A stretch of 63,851 nucleotides of DNA, the filler included, from Folioceros fuciformis (taxonomy: Eukaryota): NCBI GenBank assembly GCA_049999805.1. It is 3 parts of 2 records of this genome, joined end to end, with 100 filler letters (N's around TTAATTAATTAA, not from the genome) between each part and the next. Parts side by side here need not be neighbours in the genome. Positions count along the whole stretch, not along the records: positions 1 to 20,304 come from JBNGIO010006342.1; positions 20,405 to 47,623 come from JBNGIO010006342.1; 1 more part is not named here. One strand, 5' to 3'. The position numbers and the translations under genes were made by a program. The notes below the pieces were generated by a model. The model was not told the origin of the DNA and ran no database searches. It was given only the letters and a program-made list of their open reading frames with translations. Shown piece by piece: positions 17,091 through 28,468 of the stretch. Position 1 is the first letter of the stretch; each line of letters starts with the position of its first letter.

Positions 17091-18399
17091 TCAACGGAAG
17101 AGTACAAAGAGTTTCCCTAACTCCTCTTTCGTATGAAAGGCCAAATGAGTTGTTGTCCTCGTGAAGGAATCAAGGAGTCACCACATGAGGGCATAAGCCA
17201 AATGGGTCTTTGTATAAAGAAACATCCACAATATGCCACTTCACAAGTTGAACACATGCAAAAAGCGAGTTGAATTCTTGGGAATGTTTGAAGGTACAAA
17301 GTTGTCTTGAGTTCTTCACAGATGAGACAACTATGTGTCTTAACTAAAATTGTCTCAATTGGTTAGCAGGATGCATATGTTGGATGTTGGTTTTCGTGTC
17401 TAAATGTAGCAATGGTAAGTAGTGAACTGCACTACATCAACAACATAGTAAAACATCAACAACATAGTAAAACCTCATAGAGTGGCACTTGAGGAATATG
17501 GTGCACTACACCATGTGGTCAATCCACTATGCTTAGCTATGGCAAGGTGTTCACTTGGTCAAGTACAAGTTGCCATTTTCTCAAGTACTATGATACCAGG
17601 TACCTTAGGAATGTTTGTGAGATGCATATGTTCGAGTGCTAGTTTCTATCAATTGCTTGCCACTAGTTTGGAAGGCCTCCAACCCTACACTTAGTTTCTC
17701 TGCCATTGCTACCGATTGCTTGCCACATGTTTAGAAGGCGCTCAACCCTACACTTAGTTTCTCTACCACCTATACTTTCACCCTTGTGTTGCCACCTGGA
17801 ATTGGACCTCATGTTGACAAACTTCTGGGTACAATGGTCACATTGGTGGCCACCATGTGATCTTATGTTGACAAACTGCTAGTCACAATGGTCACATTGG
17901 TGGCCACCATATTCCCTTGATGCCACGTTCGTAACCTTGCTCTTAGCACAACACCCAGTCACATGTCTCTCGTTCGCACTTAGCAATTGACCTTGTTGCT
18001 TGGCATAGAGGGCACATGAGTGATTGGACAGCATGAGCATAAGGTGCATATAGTGTCATGTGGTCAATCCAATGTGCTACTACTTGGTCACTGCAATCTG
18101 TCCGCTTGGTCAGGTACATGTTGTCATTTTCCCAAGTACTATGACAAATATTTCACTGGTCAAGTCCCTTTAGGGTTCCATGCTAGCTCATATGCATAGT
18201 CTGGTATTCACATGGTCTCCTTATGGATGCACTACATTGTGGGTTGTGTGGACGGAATTTTATTTGCAGTTTTACTAGGAGCACCCTAATATTCAAGTAG
18301 GCCAACGGACATTCAGGAAATTGAAGAATTGAAGCCCTTCTGTGTGAAGAGTTTGCGAGGAAGGAAACTTTGTTGTAGGTATAATGTAGAGATGGCATC

Positions 18400-20197
18400 T
18401 CTGAAGGATGCCTTCAATGAATTGTAAGGAACCAGTTCAAGAGTTTATCCTCGTGGCACCTACCACTAATCCTATGATGTTTGTGCATGTACCACTTTTG
18501 GGTCAGTCTTTCCTACCTGCAATGCTGCATCCTCCTCTTTGCTATTGGTGAGATTCTTGTGTGAACGTATTATGTGTGGAAGGAAACCAAATGCTTATTG
18601 GCATGCTCTTCCATCCTTGTAAGGAAAGTTTGCCAAATGTGATGTCAGCACACTACGATTTTGATTGGTGGAAGTGGATACATATATTCAACCACACTTT
18701 GTGCTTAAGTGGCACTATTTCCAATACTAAGTCATGGGCAAAGATGCAGATCAAATTAGTGTTCACGGAAACCCACCCAACCATGTTTGTGGATTTCCAA
18801 AAGGGTACATTGCAAGAGTTTGTGCTCCATGATTTCACTCAACGATGGCAAGGTATAGAGTTTAAACAATCTATAGAATGGTTTCCACCAGAAGTCGTTG
18901 TGTTGTGATATATTTCTCTCGCATCTACACTTTCTTTGTATAGACCAAAATTCAGTCGATGCATGAGTGAAACGACCAAGTATCCATTATGGTTTTGGTA
19001 TTTTACATGTGCAATGGGCCCCTCCATGCTGAAGATCCAACATCCACCATAGAGAAGTATTACCATTTTTATATTAGCGATGACATTGTCCATGACACCC
19101 TTTTTGTGCAAAACTATTTGTTACATCAATGATAGTGGATGCAGAATTCTGGGATTCTGACTTCGTGGGAGCACTAGTGCTAGTTAGATGGAGCAACTAG
19201 TTAATTTAAGGCTTGTCGACCATCCTACTTCATTGCTCGTTACCCCGGCCTAACACAAGGGTGCAACATGTTGTGGTCATATTTTGGAAGTGAGCAAGGG
19301 AAAGAGGAGCATAATAGTGTTGGTGCAATACTAAAGAGAGCGCTCAAAGCAGCCAACTCCACCCCTACAACTGGTCACTTGCAGAGTGCAGTGGGTGTGA
19401 TGATGTACCTCTGGAACAACATCTCTAATGCTGCTGCAACTTCATATATGTTTAGCAAGCATAAGGTGAATTAGAGTTTTTGGCTAATCGATAAAAATTA
19501 GGTGAACCTCAACAACAAATATGGATGTGACCCCATTCGAGGCTCAAGGATGATGCACAACTTGTATGGTTGCAATGTGAGTGGCCCTACGCAACTAATG
19601 ATGCAAAGCTTGGCTTGCTTTTGTGTGGAGTGTATTCAAAGAAACCGTACTGATTGTGAGACTATCCCTCACTCTGGATTTTGGAAACCGGTGACAATTA
19701 GGCCTCATGGGGATGCAACCGCTCCTCGAATTACTAGGCAAGTTGTTGCAAAGTCAATGACAAAGCTCCCTAGTGCTAGTACTGATTTTATCACCTATGT
19801 GGACGAAACTGATGTGAATGTCTCGCAATTGGTGACAACTTCCTTGTTTTAGCAAACTCGAAAGATGAGAGACAAGACTTTTACCTCATACGCTGCATTG
19901 AAGCAAACCACGAGTTTCGAGTGTCTCGCCATGGTTCTTGGAGCATTACCACCTACCAATCATAGGAGGAGGTGGTTGTTGGTCAGTACTAGGTACCATT
20001 TACAAGAAGAAGAGCTAGGCCATGTGTATAATTTGCCCCTTCATCTGCACGAGTGCATCTTGCCCGCAGTGCTTGTTTAAGCATGCAAATTTGAGATGGC
20101 CCCCCTACACCAAGAGAGTGAACTGTGGCTTTGCCCCCTTCCCTGTTGAAGCACATGTTGTGGTGACCAAAGTGGTGGAGGAATGCTTTTGTGACTC
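18400..20197 (+). mobile_element. Decayed DDD transposase, Sola2-type
   Basis: Read through stops and frameshifts: IYFSRIYTFFV*TKIQSMHE*NDQVSI (approximates DFSENY..QxEIQSxHW), HFYISDDIVHDTLFVQ, LDGATS*FK (approximates SDGxxxQFK) and WSYFGSEQGKEEHNSVGAILKR (approximates HGKGxxDGxGxxxKR), then ACFCVEC. Motif order matches Sola2 transposases as I recall them. Confidence 0.65.
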
Positions 20198-23100
20198 TGT
20201 GGAGACCACATGGTAGATAGGCCTCTTAGAAAATGGGTGGTATTTGTTTTTTTTGGGGTTTTGATAGAATTCCTTGAAGACATAATTAGGAAACTATGTT
20301 AGATNNNNNNNNNNNNNNNNNNNNNNNNNNNNNNNNNNNNNNNNNNNNTTAATTAATTAANNNNNNNNNNNNNNNNNNNNNNNNNNNNNNNNNNNNNNNN
20401 NNNNGCTTGGCCGGATCCGGAGGGGCAGCAGGCCTCTGGCAAGTGGCCGAATCCAGGCAAGAAGGAGGTCGCGCATCCAGGCTAGTGCAAGAGAATCGAA
20501 CCCAGACAGGCCATGGCGGCTGAGCAGGGGGCTGAGTCGCAGCAGTCTTGCGATCCGCTGGCCGGGACGGAGCTAGGTAGGGGCTGGTTGGCGGGCACAT
20601 CCTCCTTGCTAGCCGGATCTAGCCAGCCCGGAGCTAGCCAGGTGGCGATTGTGGCAGCCTGCAGGCGGATCTGCTGGCTAGCTGCATGGCCAAATCCAAG
20701 AGGACAGGCCGACCTGGCAAGCGGTCTGGAGGGTGGCTAGGCCAGCGGCGGCCCGGTTGTGCGACCAGTGGGGCTGGCCGGCTGGATGCGGCTGCGGGCG
20801 GCCGGACTGGTCGTGACTGCAGGCACACAACCAGCAGGCAGCCTGGTAGCGGCCTGGCTGGTCGGCGGCAGGCTAGTTGGCAAGCGGCCGGCAGGCGATC
20901 TTGCAGGCAGCCGCCTGGTGTAGGCCGGCTGGCTGGAGGAGATCCTAGCTGGCAGGGCGAGGAGCGGGGGGCGCCGCCAGAGCAGGTACCCACCTGGCGG
21001 GTGGCTCAGCGGGATCTGGGGCTATCCAGGCGGGCTGTAGGCAGGGCTAGGGGGACGATGGATCCAGCAGCCAGGTCGACTAGCTAGACCATGGCCAGTC
21101 GGTGGCTAGCTCGATCATGGCCAAAGCAGCCAGGCTGCAGGTAGGCGCGGCCACCGGGCCGGTTGCGGAGGAGGCTGGAGAAAATTCAGGCCGGCAGGCG
21201 GATCAGCAGCTGCTGGATCTGGAATTGGCAGGTGGCTGGCTGGGGGAAGTCCAGGCCAAGGGGAATCCTGGCAGGTGGCTGGCCTAGCAGTAGCTGGTTG
21301 AGGAGCAGGCAACCAGGCAAGGCTACTAGATCCAGGAGGCGGGTAGAATCCAGGTCGCAGGTATATCGAATCCAGGGAAGCAACGGCGGATAGACGGCTG
21401 AGGCGGCGGGTTAGTTGGCTAGCAGGTAGCCCAATCATCAGTATGGGGACCGACAGGCAGCACCCCGCCCAGCAGATCGGGCTGCAGGCAGCTAGCAGTG
21501 GCAATGGGTCGCGTGCGACCAAGTGGTGGGCAGGATCGATCAGGCAACAAGGCGGCCGAGGAAGTCGGGCAGTGACTGGCTGCAGGAACCGAGCAGCCAA
21601 GCAGGCTGGCTGCCTCGCTGGATCTGGAAGGCAGGAGGCCGGTGTATGGCCTCAGTGCAGGCAGCCTAGCGCTGAAGGCTAATTGCGTGGGAGGAAGGGC
21701 TCCAGACGGCTGGGGCCGGATTCAGTTGGCCAGGGGATCCGAGTGGAGCACTGGCCTCCAGGTGACCGGCGCTCCGAGCAAGCGAGTGCCATGATTAGTC
21801 TAGCAGACTGGCTGGTTGGTGGAGAATCTAAGCCTTGCCGGATTGCTGGGGCTGAGCGGGCCGGGGTGGCAGGATCTAGGCAACCATGTCGGTGGAATCC
21901 AAGCAGGAATGAGGGGCTCAAGCAACCCGGCGGGTGGTCGGATTGTGACCGGTCGACGGGCTGGCTGAATCCCGGTATAGCAGCGGCTAGCTGGATCGGG
22001 GCCAGGCCTACCAAGCGGGGAGCAAGGGTGGCCCTCGTGAGACGGCTGGGGGCTGGATTCGGGAGCCAGGCAACGACTTGCAGCCTGGCTGCAAGATCCT
22101 AAGCAAGAAGGTCAGTGGGATTTGGGCTTTGGTCTCGGGTGGATCCGGTTGGCTACAGATGCAAGGGAGGGTGCCTGGGCCCTGGTTGATGGTTAGCTGT
22201 CTGGATACGGGCTGCAAGGCACTAGATGAGTAGATCTACCGAGGCATGGGGTCCTTGGCCAGCAGGATGGGGAGTAGACGACTGGAAGAAGGTGGAGTCT
22301 CTGAGGGATTGCAGATGATCTAAGGGAAAGGAGAGGATCGGAGATTGCAGATGATCTAAGGGAAAGGAGAGGATCGGAGAGGGGAAGAGGGTGTCAAGAG
22401 GCACTTCTGAGTTTTGGTATTTTGGAGAGATTGATTGATTTTGATAAGAGCAACCAGGGCCGCAAGTCGGAGTTAGGTTAGGTTAGAGTTAGGTTAGGTC
22501 AGAGTTAGAGTTAGGATTAGGTCAGAGTTAGGTTTAGGGTTTTGACGAGTGGGGGTTCTGTACGAGGCGTGCCGACGTGGTTAGGTAGCGACATGGAGGT
22601 ATAAGAGGCCAGGCTTGTCATTGAGATAGAAGTTTTTTTGGTGAAGAGCGCCCTTGACCTTGTGTGCAGGTTGCTGGGGTAGAGGGTTAATCCAGTGTGC
22701 ACATGCGCCTCGGCCGTGATTCCCTATGCCACTAGGGGAACGCGGCGGCTCCCAAAATTGCTGAGATTTGGGTGGCCAGATCTGCAAGGGCTGACCTTTT
22801 TTGCATGTTGGTTGGGTGGTTGGGGTACCTTGATGTCCCTAAGGGGTTTCCAAGGCAACGAACTGCAGGGCTGTGAGCTGAGGAGGCTATCCAACCTGGG
22901 TCTGCACATCCCTGCCTCAAGGACTGCAAGTGAGGGGCTGTTGTGTTCCAAAGATCCAGGAGTGAGACGTGAGGGTGAAGGGCTGAAGAGTTGAAGCGTT
23001 GGAGTAGAGACTTGAAGTGCTGGAGTAGAGACTTGAGGTGCTGGAGTTTGGAGTGGTTGTGTTGAGGTGAGGAGCTTAGGTGCTGAAGTTCTCAATCAGC

Positions 23101-23375
23101 TGCTGAGGTGGCTGGCATTTAGGGCTGAGAGTGGAGGTTGAGGCCAGGGCTAGGGCCTCCTCTCAGCTGCTGAGGTGGCTAATACCCGGAGCTGGAAGTG
23201 GGAGCTGAAGGTCTAGGAGCCGGCTGATAGATAGGATCAGATTAGGGCAGTGTGGGGAAGACTGTACGAAACCTTGACACTAGTTCACTCCCTTGGGAGT
23301 GAATCCTAGTACTACGACAATAATAAGAGGGAAGTGTGGCCCTTAGTGGTTCTTGGGTGTAAGTTCCACTCCACA
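20198..23375 (+). mobile_element. Solo LTR, family X copy 1 (~3.2 kb including a gap)
   Basis: Termini TGTGGAG...CTCCACA and a perfect 5-bp TSD GACTC (20193-20197 / 23376-23380). Both ends are shared with copies 2 and 3. TATA-like tataagagg at 22600. Confidence 0.88.
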
Positions 23376-24005
23376 GACTCCACAAGCATCCACCCTTAGA
23401 GATCCCTTATACTCATTTTTGCCCCTACCTTAAGGCCATGCATGTTTAGTAGTTAAGAACGTGGCATTGTTTCCTTTGAAAAGCCCGCCATATTCACTAT
23501 CTGGCTATTTTGTGTGCTATTGCACATGGAATTCTTCAACCGCAATGTGTGCCTACCATATCGTGACCACTTCCCCAGGGGTGCGCACTTGTGATATTTT
23601 TGTAATTGCCAAATTTATGCATCGATAGTCCCCTTTCCTCAGTCGACCTAGCACAGGCTCCTGACGGTGGCCCCATCGTCCCACCACGTATTGCTTGCTG
23701 GTCGCCCCACTTGCAACATGGTCTAACCCAGACGGGAGGATTCCACAAAGCCCATTTTGCGCATTTGAAATTTGTCGTGATCCGCACACCTTATCTACCT
23801 TTGATCTAATTTCACAAACAATGACGCCACCGACATGTATTTGTATATTCTTTTTTCTCCAAATGTCAATAAAACCAAAATAAATGAAGTAAACATTTTA
23901 AGTATTCTACTAGAAACTTGATATTTCTTAATTGAAGCATATGGTGCACTAGTCAACCGGCGCACAAACTATTCAAAGTACTTCACGTTCAAGTTTATGA
24001 CGAGT

Positions 24006-27000
24006 TCAAGTTAAGTCAAGTTTATGGTCAAACAAAAACTGGGTCATCCTGGTTGGATCTCTCAGCCGTTGTGCATCCATATCGCCAAAGTCATTGCTGC
24101 CAACTCGTAGCACCAAGAAGTTGGGGTCCTTTGTAGTTTGGGGCGGCAAAGTACAATTCTCATCCCAGACAGTGATGGCGTAAAGGTCCTCTGCTGGCCT
24201 ATCATCAATTTGGGATATGACCTCTCCTTTCTTGCCCAACATATTGAACACCATCAATTTGCGATCTAGTACGCTACCATCACCGTACACTTCCTTCGCC
24301 CAAAACTTTGATGGGCCTCGTGTAAACGACTCTGTCGTAAACTCCTCATCTGCGTCAGGCAAAGACCCTAGCCCGATAATCCGCTGCATAATATATGAAG
24401 TGCACTTGACATCCACATCGATAGCCACCGCATGCCTTCCATGCTGAACTACACTTTGGAGAAGAGATCGCGAGCCTGCGCATGCATCAACCACCCAGTC
24501 CCCTTCACAAGAAAACATATTAATAAGCATACTCATCAACCCCAATGGTTTTTGGTAAGGGGAGACGACATGCGCATCTGCGGAATGGAAAAGGTGCTTC
24601 TTCACCACCGCTCCATGCCTTATAACCCTTGGTAAGAGAAATCCATGATTCGCAAAAAGTGCAGCCTTTGATTCTTGAGCCTCTATTTGCACTACACTTC
24701 CAACAGTGACATATTCAACTATTTCCACTGCTCCTACATTTCAAGGTATGTTATTCTTCTCCCATACCAATGTCTGAATACTCCCCTTCTTGCACCATGG
24801 CCGTAGTGCCTCCCTTGCTTCCGAAATCATATCTACTTCGTGCATTAGAATAACTCTAAAAATATTGCTCGAAGTGCATTCACTGAACCCTCAAAGCATT
24901 TCATCTAACTCGGCTACCTTCATTTGCTTGTCATACTCATGCCATTGTAATCCCCGAGGCAAGTCTGCAAATAGCAACATATAGGGGCGTTTGACAAGAA
25001 ATGCCTTCATTTCGACTACATTCCTTTGAATAACCTGGTATTTTACCTTTGAGTTACTCGCCGGAACCTGAAAATCCGATGACCCTACGTCCATATCAGT
25101 TGCCACCAGCTTCTGCTTCTCTTCTTCCATCCTTTTCCAGTTTTTCGCCGAATATACGAAATCCTAGAATGGCTTGGGCAGTGACTCCAAGTCTGCTATA
25201 TCTGAAGGTTTCTGCAACCAGAATAGTACACGTTAGTTTGGCTACCGATTAAGCTACTTTAACCTGAGCAGACATGAGTGCACTGGTCTACCGGCGCACT
25301 GTTGACCAAGCCGGCTACCCAAGTGCGCCAGTAGACCAGCACACTTAGAGCTCGAGCTAGCTATAGTGTGCCGGTAGAGCGGTGCCCTAGAGCCCGAGCA
25401 GCCAGCAGTGCGCCGGTAGACCGGCGCACTCCTGCCGCAGTCGGCAACGGTGTGCCGATAAGCCAGTGCACTGCTGCCATGTAGGACCAGAGTGCGCCGA
25501 TAAACTAGCGCACTGCTGCCATGCAGGACCAGAGTGCACCGGTAGACCGACGCACTTTAGTCCGATGCACTGCATTAGGGGAGGGAAACAACAGCAAAGA
25601 AGGACTGTCGAACTTTGGCGAAGGGGAACTTTGGCGAAGGCTGTCTGGAATTTCAAAAGATGGTCATCTTCAGTGCGATTGGGGTAGATCTCTTCTGCTT
25701 CTTCAATGGTGTCACACTTCATGGCCATTCGGAAAGCATGTTGTATCAAATGAATCTTCTTCTTCCCAACTTCAGTGTCCATGTCTCTCAGTTGAAGCTT
25801 GCCCTGAATAACCTTCTGCGTCACCGCTATCAACATCTCCTCTCCCTTCACACCTGTTGGGACACCTTGAAAGGCTCTCCATGGCCTGCCCTGCATCGCT
25901 CTTGGCCTCCTGCTGCTATCGTCCGTCACTTGGGTAACAGAACTCTGTAAGGCAGAATCTTGTGTCTTTCGTTTTGCCTTAGCCCTCTTTGTGGTCCCTC
26001 CTGTTACCGTGCTCTTTTGCTCTGCCAGCTCACCCTGTTCCCACATTATGAATATCCTGTCCACATTGTCCCAAAGAACCCCAAAGCATCTGGCTACTCG
26101 ATATGGCAAGGTCTGCCTATCCACCATCTTCTGCACCCAGTCTATGTCGTGAGGATCTCCACCTTCGTCAATCATACCTAGCAACCTGTATAGGTTGAAC
26201 TTCCACTTCACTGGCGGCTTCTCTTCCACTGAATGATTCCGGAAAAAAATATCTAGCTCGTCATGGATGTATCGCACATGCTCAATGAACCCCATCCTCT
26301 TCCTCTTGTCTGCATAGACATTGTGGTTGATAGCGAGAACCCTCATCTCTTCCTCTATCAACCCAGCATACACGTGCCCTTCCATCCATTCATACTTATC
26401 TTCCGCGGGGAACATCTGGTGGAGTTTCTGCATGGCTACAAAGCAGTGGTTGCCCCCTAAGACTCCCATATGGTATTGCTATGCTGTTATCCNNNNNNNN
26501 NNNNNNNNNNNNNNNNNNNNNNNNNNNNNNNNNNNNNNNNNNNNNNNNNNNNNNNNNNNNNNNNNNNNNNNNNNNNNNNNNNNNNNNNNNNNGTCGACAG
26601 CGAGAACCCTCATCTCTTCCTCTGTCAACCCAGCATACACGTGCCCTTCCATCCATTCATACTTATCTTCCACGGGGACATTTGGTGGAGTTTTTGCATG
26701 GCTGCAAAGCAGTGGGTGCCCCCTAAGACTCCCATATGGTATTGCTGCGCCGTTATCGTGTCCAAGGAAACCTCTTCCTTGCTCACTGCTTGCTTCGGAT
26801 CAATCATACAAAGGAGGGGCAAGATCCCTTCCTTAATGGAGCCAGCTTGCATCTGCCTTACTAAGCTCTTCATCCAAGCTTCGTCTACTTGCCTTATCTG
26901 AGCGTAAGAGGTGATGAAAGACGCAGGATGCAACACATCTACATGCAGATTAAACGTTGTGGACCGAATCCTCTTGGCGTGGGCCTTCTTCCTTATCCCA

Positions 27001-28468
27001 TTCAAGTAGTCTTCATCCTGCGCTAACCTCTCAAACCCCTCTGTATCTATTTCTACTATTTGAGTGGGCTCTGGCTCCACCTGCTGCACTGCACCGCCCT
27101 TCCTTCTCTTCTACTTCGCTGCCTGCCCTCTTGCTACAGTGCCTGTTGGTATTCGCCACTTTGGCTGCAGAGATGTGGCTATGGAGACATACAGCCGTTG
27201 TTAGATCGGGGTCAGCAGTCAATGCTTTTCCAATAGAATCAAAGTACCAAAAACAACCCCATAGCAATTTGCTAAGCATGCACATAACAGCCTCACCGGA
27301 TGTCATCTTCCACTGTTTCGAAGGAGATGCTGATGCTTTCCTCTTCCGCTGCCCTGGTCCGCTGGTAGACTGGCGCACCTGGGTCACCCTCTTTTGTGGT
27401 GGAGTGATCTCAAGTGGGGACTCATCAGATGCATCACCCTCGCAGGAATTGCGGGGCATCTCCAGAGCATCGTTCAGACTGTCTTCCGCTGAGGAGTATT
27501 GAGCCATCTCCTGGACTTCCTCCTCTTCGCTGTGTTCTGGAACGTCAGGTGCCTCCTCTTTTGAAACCTCAGGTTGCATACGCGGCATCTCCTGCCTATC
27601 CTTCAAGAAATCCACTGCACAAGTGTTCAAGACACCAAATTCTACTTGCACCGACTTCCATCGCCGCTCCCCCACAAGCCGCCTCACAAGAGCCCTGTTC
27701 TTCAGCACCGCGTCTCCTACACACTGCAACACAATTCGACAAAACTGTTCTCCAACCTAATTAGCGAACAAGCAGACACAAAGTTAGGGTTTATGGTCAT
27801 TCTTGGTAATGAAATATTAAACTTTTAAGCTGAAAAGACCACTTACATCCTTCAATAAAAGACAGTCTTTTAGAGCGTTTCTCAACCACAGCGGTTCGCA
27901 TCGCCAAGGAATGGCCTTCGCAACATTCACAACCACTAAACTGTGATTGTCGTACTCATACGTAATGTGGCCTGGTGGGTGTCGGGTTAGGATGAAATTC
28001 ATGTGAGTTTTGTTGTCTACACCATCCACTGATGCACAAAGAATCCATCCTACCCTTCCTGCTTCGTCCTCCGCCAAGGCTTGAAAACCATTCACCCACA
28101 GAGCAACAGGAGGAATCCACGACAAGTTCAAGTCATCAGGCTCATCTTCAGCTATCAAAAACCATTCCTTATCAGTGTTGAATCTTTTGGCCAGAGTGTC
28201 TTCTAACTTCTTCAGTCTCAATCTCTCTACAAAGTTGTAGGCATTCGGAATGTTGTAATTCTGACTGCCTCATGTACTGCCTTCTTGATTCACATTCAGA
28301 GGAATGTGGTTCAGAGGTCCATCGCTTGCTTTTGAATTGGACGATCTCACTGTCCCACCTGAGTTATCCTTTCTTCCTCCGTTAGTCTGGGCAATAGGAG
28401 TAGCCTCTTCGCCAGCGGGTGCTGTAGATCGGTGTCCATCTCTTTCAGTGTTGTGACCAGACGACACT
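24006..28468 (-). pseudogene. Intron-containing gene for a ParB/Srx-like domain plus beta-class N4/N6 DNA methyltransferase (N6_N4_Mtase-like) fusion protein, decayed; main body
   Basis: ParB-like IRQVDEAWMKSL..GILPLL..GVLGGNH.F.AMQKL..VYAGL.EEEMRVLAINHN. MTase motif IV YMLLFADLPRG, then LVWEK, then QKPLGLMSMLINMFSCEGDWVVDACAGSRSLL..GRHAVAIDVD (motifs X/I/II). Predicted GT-AG introns at about 27845-27759, 27297-27165 and 25611-25212. Several TGA/TAG stops and frameshifts. Confidence 0.82.
25277..25556. repeat. Array of seven 24-bp palindromic repeats (consensus AGTGCGCCGG-TAGA-CCGGCGCACT) with 18-21-bp spacers
   Basis: Copies start at 25277, 25322, 25365, 25407, 25449, 25491 and 25533. An eighth isolated copy lies at 23943-23966. 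Confidence 0.9.

Noticed and set aside
20305-20404. TTAATTAATTAA motif embedded in N runs (also 47668-47679)
   Set aside because: It is an artificial six-frame-stop linker from scaffolding, not biology.
20405-22250. Many overlapping 60-160-aa ORFs in GC-rich LTR sequence (also 28600-30170, 31130-32000 and 43690-45100)
   Set aside because: They are stop-poor GC-rich sequence on both strands with no recognisable domains or conserved frame.
25277-25556. CRISPR array (palindromic repeats with variable spacers)
   Set aside because: The context is a predicted eukaryotic intron with no cas genes. Spacers are only 18-21 bp, two are near-identical, the repeats are degenerate and one is inverted. Kept as a palindrome array.
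24006-28468. Bacterial or phage contamination as the source of the MTase
   Set aside because: The gene has predicted GT-AG introns and is interrupted by plant LTR elements with TSDs.
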